64,000 nt of DNA, taken from the NCBI GenBank assembly GCA_013416795.1, contig RQSC01000010.1, positions 211,949-275,948 of the forward strand. The letters run 5' to 3'. Of the stretch, positions 58,077-64,000 are shown in pieces. This DNA comes from Prasinococcaceae sp. CCMP 1430 (Eukaryota; Plantae; Prasinodermophyta). How positions within the stretch are numbered: position 1 is the first letter of the stretch; each line of letters opens with the position of its first letter. The notes beneath the pieces are model-generated. The model did not search any database and was not told the DNA's origin. It saw only the letters and a program-made list of their open reading frames with translations. Made by a program: the position numbers and the translations under genes.

Positions 58077-58415
58077 ATGAGTAGAGTTAAACGCGGAGCA
58101 ACTAAACGCAAACGACATAAGAAGATTTTATCCTTAGCTAAAGGTGCTCAAGGATCACGATCTGTTTTATTTCGTACAGCTAATCAACAAGTAATGCATT
58201 CTTTAAAATATGGTTATACACACCGCGCATTAAAGAAACGCATGTATCGTCAATTATGGATTACACGTATTAATGCAATTGTACGCCAGAATTCTGGTAA
58301 ATATAGTACATTTATGCATTCATTACGATCAAAAAATATTGTTTTAAACCGTAAAATGTTATCACAATTAGCGGTTTTTGATAAAAAAGTTTTTTTATTA
58401 TTATGTGAAGAATAA
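58077..58415 (+). CDS. rpl20: Ribosomal protein L20
   Basis: MSRVKRG, KR.YRQLWITRINA, LNRKMLSQLA. Confidence 0.97.
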   Translation: MSRVKRGATKRKRHKKILSLAKGAQGSRSVLFRTANQQVMHSLKYGYTHRALKKRMYRQLWITRINAIVRQNSGKYSTFMHSLRSKNIVLNRKMLSQLAVFDKKVFLLLCEE

Positions 58416-58494
58416 TATACTATCTTAAAAGATAGTATATTATTTATCAAATAAATTTTTCTTAATAATGGTTTAGACCTATGAAAAGAGTTTC

Positions 58495-58842
58495 TTAAAA
58501 AATTTGTTTTAAACGAGCTGCTTTTCCTTGGCGTTCACGAAGATAATATAATTTTGCGCGACGTACACGTGCTGATTGAATAATTTTTAAACCAGCAATA
58601 CGTGGTGAGAATGGTAAAATTACACGTTCAATTCCTACACCTTGAAATGTTTTGCGCACTGTCATAGTTGTATTATAACCTGCGTTATGCTTTGCAATAA
58701 CAGTCCCTTCAAATTGTTGAATTCGTTCTCGCTCGCCTTCACGAATCTTCGTATCGATTTTAATAGTATCACCAATTTGTACGTTTAAACGTTCATTTAG
58801 TTTTTCATCGATTGGTGATAACGAAATTTTGTTTAGTAGCAT
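58495..58842 (-). CDS. rpl19: Ribosomal protein L19
   Basis: GDTI......EGERERIQ.FEG.VIA, GVGIER, VRRAKLYYLRE. Confidence 0.97.
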   Translation of the reverse strand: MLLNKISLSPIDEKLNERLNVQIGDTIKIDTKIREGERERIQQFEGTVIAKHNAGYNTTMTVRKTFQGVGIERVILPFSPRIAGLKIIQSARVRRAKLYYLRERQGKAARLKQIF

Positions 58843-58904
58843 AATAAAGTTTTTTATATCAATATTTTAGGGATTACGATAACCCCTAAAATATTAATAA
58901 TTTT

Positions 58905-60134
58905 TTATTTTGTAATTTTTGAAACTACACCAGCTCCTACTGTTCGACCACCTTCACGGATTGCAAAACGCATTCCATTTTCAATAGCAATAGGTTGAAT
59001 TAATTCAACATCCATTTTAATTCGATCACCAGGCATAACCATTTCTGTTGCACTTCCATCATCAGCTGTGAAAGCAGTAATCTTTCCAGTTACGTCAGTT
59101 GTACGTACATAGAATTGTGGTCGGTAACCTGTAAAGAATGGAGTATGACGTCCTCCTTCTTCTTTAGTTAAAATATATACTTGTGATTCAAACTCAGTAT
59201 GTGGCGTAATTGAACCTGGTTGAGCAAGAACCATACCACGTTCAATATCTTCTTTTTGAACACCACGAACTAGAACTCCTACGTTATCTCCAGCAAAAGC
59301 TTCATCTAGAGTTTTTTGGAACATTTCTAGACCTGTTACAGTTGTTTCACGAGTTTCGCGTAGACCTACTAGTTCTACTGTGTCACCAACTTTAACAATA
59401 CCACGTTCAATACGTCCAGTTGCTACAGTACCACGTCCAGTAATTGAGAATACATCTTCAATTGCCATTAGAAAAGACTTATCTGTCTCACGCTCTGGTG
59501 TTGGTACATATTCGTCTACTGAATCCATTAGTGCATAAATTTTATCTACCCACTTACTTTCACCAGCTTTAATTTCAGGGTTTTCAGTAACGGCTTGTAG
59601 TGCTAATAATGCTGATCCAGATGTTAAAGGAATATCATCACCTGGGAAATCATATTCGCTTAATGTTTCACGAATTTCTAATTCTACTAATTCTAGTAGT
59701 TCCTCATCATCAACTTGATCTTCTTTGTTTAAAAAGACTACAATGTTTGGAACTCCAACTTGCTTTGCTAATAGAATATGCTCTTTTGTTTGTGGCATTG
59801 GACCATCTGCACCAGATACAACTAGAATTGCTCCATCCATCTGCGCAGCACCTGTAATCATGTTTTTAACATAATCTGCGTGTCCTGGACAATCTACATG
59901 AGCATAGTGACGTGTCTCAGTTTCGTATTCTACGTGAGCTGTATTAATAGTAATTCCACGTGCCTTTTCTTCTGGAGCACCATCAATTTCATCATAACGT
60001 TTAGCAGCTGCATTTCCGCGTGCTGCTAAAGCCATTGTAATAGCTGCTGTTAATGTTGTTTTTCCGTGGTCAACGTGACCAATTGTTCCAATATTTACGT
60101 GTGGTTTCGTACGTTCAAATTTTTCGCGTGCCAT
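58905..60134 (-). CDS. tufA: Elongation factor Tu
   Basis: [34 protein letters not shown]. Confidence 0.99.
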   Translation of the reverse strand: MAREKFERTKPHVNIGTIGHVDHGKTTLTAAITMALAARGNAAAKRYDEIDGAPEEKARGITINTAHVEYETETRHYAHVDCPGHADYVKNMITGAAQMDGAILVVSGADGPMPQTKEHILLAKQVGVPNIVVFLNKEDQVDDEELLELVELEIRETLSEYDFPGDDIPLTSGSALLALQAVTENPEIKAGESKWVDKIYALMDSVDEYVPTPERETDKSFLMAIEDVFSITGRGTVATGRIERGIVKVGDTVELVGLRETRETTVTGLEMFQKTLDEAFAGDNVGVLVRGVQKEDIERGMVLAQPGSITPHTEFESQVYILTKEEGGRHTPFFTGYRPQFYVRTTDVTGKITAFTADDGSATEMVMPGDRIKMDVELIQPIAIENGMRFAIREGGRTVGAGVVSKITK

Positions 60135-60264
60135 AAGCTAAATATTTTAAGATTTTTGCAACCAATAATAATTGCAAAGTAAAAGATAATTAAAGTAGAA
60201 TTGTAATCAAAAATTTCTGTTTCTATTAATATAAAATATAATGAAACAAATTATACGAATGTAG

Positions 60265-60735
60265 TTAACTCTTAAAATGTGCAAAAGCTTTATTTGCTTC
60301 AGCCATTCGGTGAACTTCTTCTTTCTTCTTAATAGCTGAGCCTAAAGATTGAGAAGCATCAATAATTTCTTGTGCTAGTTTTTCTGAAAAACTAAAAGCA
60401 TTACGGCTTTGTGCTCCTTGTAATAACCATTTAACAGCAAGAGTTGTACCACGTGAACGTTTAATTTCTTGTGGAATTTGATAAATTGATCCCCCAATAC
60501 GTCTAGATTTTACCTCCACAATTGGTGTCACATGACGTAGAGCTTTTTCTAATACTTGTAAAGGATCTTCTTGAGTGCGTGTTTCAATAATTTGTAAAGT
60601 TGAGTAAACAATTCTCTGAGCTAATGAACGTTTACCATCCATTAAAACTCGTGAGATTAACATTGAAACAACAGTGCTTCGGTAAACCGCATCAGGTTTA
60701 ATCGATTTAGAAATATTTTTTTTGCGTCGAGACAT
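60265..60735 (-). CDS. rps7: Ribosomal protein S7
   Basis: MSRR, DGK.SLAQRIVY, VEVKSRRIGG, HRMAEANKAFAH. Confidence 0.97.
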   Translation of the reverse strand: MSRRKKNISKSIKPDAVYRSTVVSMLISRVLMDGKRSLAQRIVYSTLQIIETRTQEDPLQVLEKALRHVTPIVEVKSRRIGGSIYQIPQEIKRSRGTTLAVKWLLQGAQSRNAFSFSEKLAQEIIDASQSLGSAIKKKEEVHRMAEANKAFAHFKS

Positions 60736-60777
60736 AGATTAGAAAAGTTATAAAAATTTACTTAATATTGTTGAATA

Positions 60778-61146
60778 TTAAGGTTTTTTAGCCCCATATT
60801 TCGAACGGCGTTGTGTTCTATTTTTTACACCCGCTGTATCTAAGGCGCCACGTACAACATGATAGCGAACACCTGGTAAATCCTTAACTCGCCCTCCACG
60901 CACAAGAACAACAGAGTGTTCTTGAATATTATGTCCGATTCCTGGGATATAAGCTGTTACTTCAAAACCAGAAGTTAGACGGACACGAGCAACTTTACGC
61001 AAAGCAGAGTTTGGTTTTTTCGGTGTTGTTGTATAAACACGTGTACATACGCCGCGACGTTGTGGGCAATTTACAAGTGCTGGTGATTTTGTTTTCTTTT
61101 CAATAGAAAAACGATTTTTACGAACTAATTGTTGAAATGTTGGCAT
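60778..61146 (-). CDS. rps12: Ribosomal protein S12
   Basis: [27 protein letters not shown]; not split. Confidence 0.99.
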   Translation of the reverse strand: MPTFQQLVRKNRFSIEKKTKSPALVNCPQRRGVCTRVYTTTPKKPNSALRKVARVRLTSGFEVTAYIPGIGHNIQEHSVVLVRGGRVKDLPGVRYHVVRGALDTAGVKNRTQRRSKYGAKKP

Positions 61147-61221
61147 AGAATAATAATGTATAAAGAAAAGAAAAATTCTATGTAAGCGAAAATGTATTAC
61201 TAAATTTACTTTTTCTTTGGT

Positions 61222-61407
61222 TTATAGAGTATTTAAGTATTTTAATAAACGCTTGCGCTTTGCTAAGATTTGATACAGTCCACGTTCTGCAGAAAAATCT
61301 TTTGGATTTTTTTGAAGATGTGATGTTAATTCTTTAACCCGAACTGTAAAACTTTGTACTTCTTCTAATAAAAGAGTTTTTGTACGTTCTTTATTTTTAG
61401 TTGGCAT
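61222..61407 (-). CDS. rps15: Ribosomal protein S15, short form
   Basis: VQSFTVRVKELTSHL..NPKDFSAERGL..IL.KRKRLLKYL matches the S15 core; only 61 aa. Confidence 0.85.
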   Translation of the reverse strand: MPTKNKERTKTLLLEEVQSFTVRVKELTSHLQKNPKDFSAERGLYQILAKRKRLLKYLNTL

Positions 61408-61430
61408 ATTCGATAAACGTTTAAAAGTGT

Positions 61431-61763
61431 TTACGCTTCTGTTGAAGCCATACCAATTGACTCAATATAAATACGAGTTTGTAATTGGCGATGTCCTTGA
61501 ATTTTGCGTGTTTTCTTCTTGGGACGCATTTTATAGACGCGTACCTTTTTCTTTTGAAAGTGATATAAAACTTTTGCACGCACATAACTACCTGGAATCC
61601 AAGGTTTTCCAAAAATAGTTTCTGTTTGATATGAAAGAAGAAGTACACGTTGAAAAAATAGTTGAGCTTCAGGTTTTGATTGGGGCACATAGTCAATGTC
61701 ATAGAATCGACCAACTTCAATTCTTAATTGATGTCCCCCAGCTTCGATAATTGCATATGTCAT
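61431..61763 (-). CDS. rpl21: Ribosomal protein L21
   Basis: MTYAIIEAGG.Q.R.E.G, FGKPWI, KMRPKKKTRK.QGHRQ..T. Confidence 0.95.
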   Translation of the reverse strand: MTYAIIEAGGHQLRIEVGRFYDIDYVPQSKPEAQLFFQRVLLLSYQTETIFGKPWIPGSYVRAKVLYHFQKKKVRVYKMRPKKKTRKIQGHRQLQTRIYIESIGMASTEA

Positions 61764-61784
61764 AATACAAAAAAGGGATATAAA

Positions 61785-62204
61785 TTAACGCTTTGAAAAT
61801 TGTGGAGCTTTTCTAGCTTTCTTTAAGCCATATTTTTTTCGCTCAACACGACGTGAATCTCGCGTTAAAAGACCTTCACTACGTAATAAAGGTTGATACT
61901 TAGGGCTTAATTGTGTAAGAGCACGTGCTAATCCTAATTGGATAGCATCCGTTTGTCCTGTTAGTCCTCCGCCATTTACAACAGCATTAATAGAGAACGT
62001 ATTTTCAACCCCAAGTAGATCTAATGGTGCACAAACTTTAGCTAATAAAGTTGGGTTTGCGCATAAATAATGCGATGCAGGTTGCCCATTAATAAAAAAA
62101 CTTGTTTTTTCAGTTGTTTCAGAGAGCCCAACTCTGGCTACTGATGTTTTTCGTCGGCCAATACCTGTATAGGCTGATAATTTTACAGAGGCTTCATTTG
62201 TCAT
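61785..62204 (-). CDS. rps9: Ribosomal protein S9
   Basis: GRRKTSVARV, GGGLTGQ..AI.LG.ARAL, RKKYGLKKARKAPQFSKR. Confidence 0.98.
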   Translation of the reverse strand: MTNEASVKLSAYTGIGRRKTSVARVGLSETTEKTSFFINGQPASHYLCANPTLLAKVCAPLDLLGVENTFSINAVVNGGGLTGQTDAIQLGLARALTQLSPKYQPLLRSEGLLTRDSRRVERKKYGLKKARKAPQFSKR

Positions 62205-62215
62205 AGTTTAATAAA

Positions 62216-63133
62216 TTACTTTTTAAGAAAAAAAGGTTTCAATAAATCTAATGATACATCATATTCTTTAGAAAACATTTCCCAATTGTGAAAATTTTCT
62301 AAATTCTTATCATTTTTTAATTGCTTACATTTTAATCCTTTATACATATCAATAGGAAGAAATAAATTTTCAATTCTATGATTGTGTAAATTTAATTGTT
62401 TAGAATAGAATGATTCAGTACTTAATTCTAAAGTCTTTGGATATAAATCTTCAAATTCACAAAAAATATTTTGTACAGCTGTTTGAAGAGCTAAATAGGG
62501 TTGAATACTACCATCTGTCCAAATCTCTAGTTCAATCCATTCTTTTAATCGTTCTTCACAAATTGTATAATTTACTTTTTTAATGGGACTAAAATCATTT
62601 TGTAAAAATAATGAAGAAGAAGATGTAACCGATTTTTTCAACATTGGAAGGGATGAGCCTTTATCTGTTTTCAAAATAAAATCCATCTTAAACTCGAATC
62701 CAGTATTAAGGTGTGCAATAATTTGATCTGGAAAACTTGCAATAATAGGGTATGGCAAATTTAAATCTTTAGCTGTAATAATTGCGGGGCCTTTCTTAGA
62801 AATTGTTCCACGTTTATAGTTTCCACAATATCCTTGAAAAGTAAGTTGTTTTAGGTTTAAGAGAATATCAATCACCGATTCTTGTACTCCAGGAAGAGTT
62901 GAGAATTCGTGTGTAGGAGTTTGGAAAATTACTTGCACGATACCAGTACCTGGTATTTCATGGAGTAATGTTCGACGTAATAAATTTGCGAATGTTAATG
63001 ATTTTGTTCCTTTAAATGGTCCAATACGAAAACATCCATAAATTCCTTGTTTTGAATCCACACGCTCTTGTTGATGATGGATAGTAAATTTATTTGAAAC
63101 AGAAATTAGATTTTTAGCACTAGAAAGTGACAT
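62216..63133 (-). CDS. rpoA: Plastid RNA polymerase alpha subunit
   Basis: G.F.IGPF.G....T.AN.LRR.LL, HEFSTLPGVQESV.DILLNLK, ELEIWTDGSI.P..AL. Confidence 0.93.
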   Translation of the reverse strand: MSLSSAKNLISVSNKFTIHHQQERVDSKQGIYGCFRIGPFKGTKSLTFANLLRRTLLHEIPGTGIVQVIFQTPTHEFSTLPGVQESVIDILLNLKQLTFQGYCGNYKRGTISKKGPAIITAKDLNLPYPIIASFPDQIIAHLNTGFEFKMDFILKTDKGSSLPMLKKSVTSSSSLFLQNDFSPIKKVNYTICEERLKEWIELEIWTDGSIQPYLALQTAVQNIFCEFEDLYPKTLELSTESFYSKQLNLHNHRIENLFLPIDMYKGLKCKQLKNDKNLENFHNWEMFSKEYDVSLDLLKPFFLKK

Positions 63134-63219
63134 AAAGAATCAAAAAGTTTGAAGAATGTTAAGAAGAATAATACGGTATAACTCTTAATATTGTTTTTTT
63201 TATTGTCTTCAAAAAACCG

Positions 63220-63615
63220 TTAAATGCGACGTTTTTTCTTTGGTCGACATCCATTGTGTGGAACTGGCGTAACATCGCGAATTAAAGTTAGACGTACACC
63301 TGCGGTATGAACTGCACGTAAAGCTGTTTCACGGCCAGACCCAGGTCCACATAAAATAACTTCAGCAGTTTGTAATCCACGATCAATACAGGGTTGTAAT
63401 GCGACTCTTACTGCTGTTTGAGCAGCGAATGGTGTGCTTTTCTTTGCACCACGAAAGCCACAAGCCCCAGCTGATGACCATGAATATACATTTCCTGTCC
63501 AATCAGTAATTGTGACTAATGTATTATTAAAGGTTGCATTAATATACACAATACCATTAGTAATTTTTTTCTTTCGTTTTAGAGTTGTTAAATTTTTTCG
63601 TTTTGTTTTTTGCAT
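63220..63615 (-). CDS. rps11: Ribosomal protein S11
   Basis: [45 protein letters not shown]. Confidence 0.98.
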   Translation of the reverse strand: MQKTKRKNLTTLKRKKKITNGIVYINATFNNTLVTITDWTGNVYSWSSAGACGFRGAKKSTPFAAQTAVRVALQPCIDRGLQTAEVILCGPGSGRETALRAVHTAGVRLTLIRDVTPVPHNGCRPKKKRRI

Positions 63616-63635
63616 AAATTGTTAGCAAGAATAAT

Positions 63636-63749
63636 TTAACCTTGACGTTGCTTATGTTTTTTAACTTTACAAATAATTAATACGCGCCCACGTCGACGAA
63701 TACAGCGACAATGTTCGCACATTTTTTTAACAGATGAGCGTACTTTCAT
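63636..63749 (-). CDS. rpl36: Ribosomal protein L36
   Basis: Hand translation [37 protein letters not shown]. Confidence 0.97.
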   Translation of the reverse strand: MKVRSSVKKMCEHCRCIRRRGRVLIICKVKKHKQRQG

Positions 63750-63775
63750 AGATAATTTCCTCAATAATTAAAGTG

Positions 63776-64000
63776 TTACCAAACAGTACAAAGTACTTCA
63801 CCACCAACCCCTAAAAGTCGAGCTTCTTTATTCGTTAAGAGACCTTTTGAAGTTGAAAGAATACAAATACTCATATTTTGACGTGGTGATGGGATATTTT
63901 TAGCGTTTACATAAACACGACACCCAGGTCTACTTACGACTTTCATAACATGAGGTTTTGCTTTTGTTGTTTGATTTTGAGCGGGTAAAGAAACACGTAA
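63776..64000 (-). CDS. rps8: Ribosomal protein S8, 3' part (5' end beyond window)
   Basis: Hand translation ...VSRPGCRVY...ILSTSKGLLTNKEARLLGVGGEVLCTVW*. Confidence 0.95.
   Translation of the reverse strand, partial: LRVSLPAQNQTTKAKPHVMKVVSRPGCRVYVNAKNIPSPRQNMSICILSTSKGLLTNKEARLLGVGGEVLCTVW

Overview
This window joins two very different sequences at about position 6097/6098. Bases 1-6097 are GC-rich eukaryotic nuclear DNA carrying two convergent genes that each read as one uninterrupted ORF: a PPIP5K/VIP1-type inositol pyrophosphate kinase-phosphatase and a DNMT2 tRNA C5-methyltransferase. Bases 6098-64000 are about 58 kb of an AT-rich, compact, intron-free green-algal plastid genome whose genes are essentially intact. 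It holds photosystem, cytochrome b6f, ATP synthase, PEP polymerase, chlLNB, rbcL and ribosomal-protein genes, 18 tRNAs and one rRNA operon. Gene content (rpl21, rps15, ftsI, ftsW, minD, petN, ycf12, tufA, rps9, rpl19) suggests a very early-diverging green lineage, probably Prasinodermatophyta/prasinophyte grade; this is inference. The junction is either an assembly chimera (more likely) or a very recent giant nuclear plastid insertion. The most interesting biology is a plastid-encoded septal peptidoglycan module. FtsW keeps its catalytic Asp, FtsI keeps its SxxK/SxN/KTG motifs, and MinD is present. A small 122-aa single-pass coiled-coil ORF sits directly upstream of ftsI with the size, topology, position and a key motif of the divisome activator FtsL. 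All family assignments are by motif recognition; no database searches were run.
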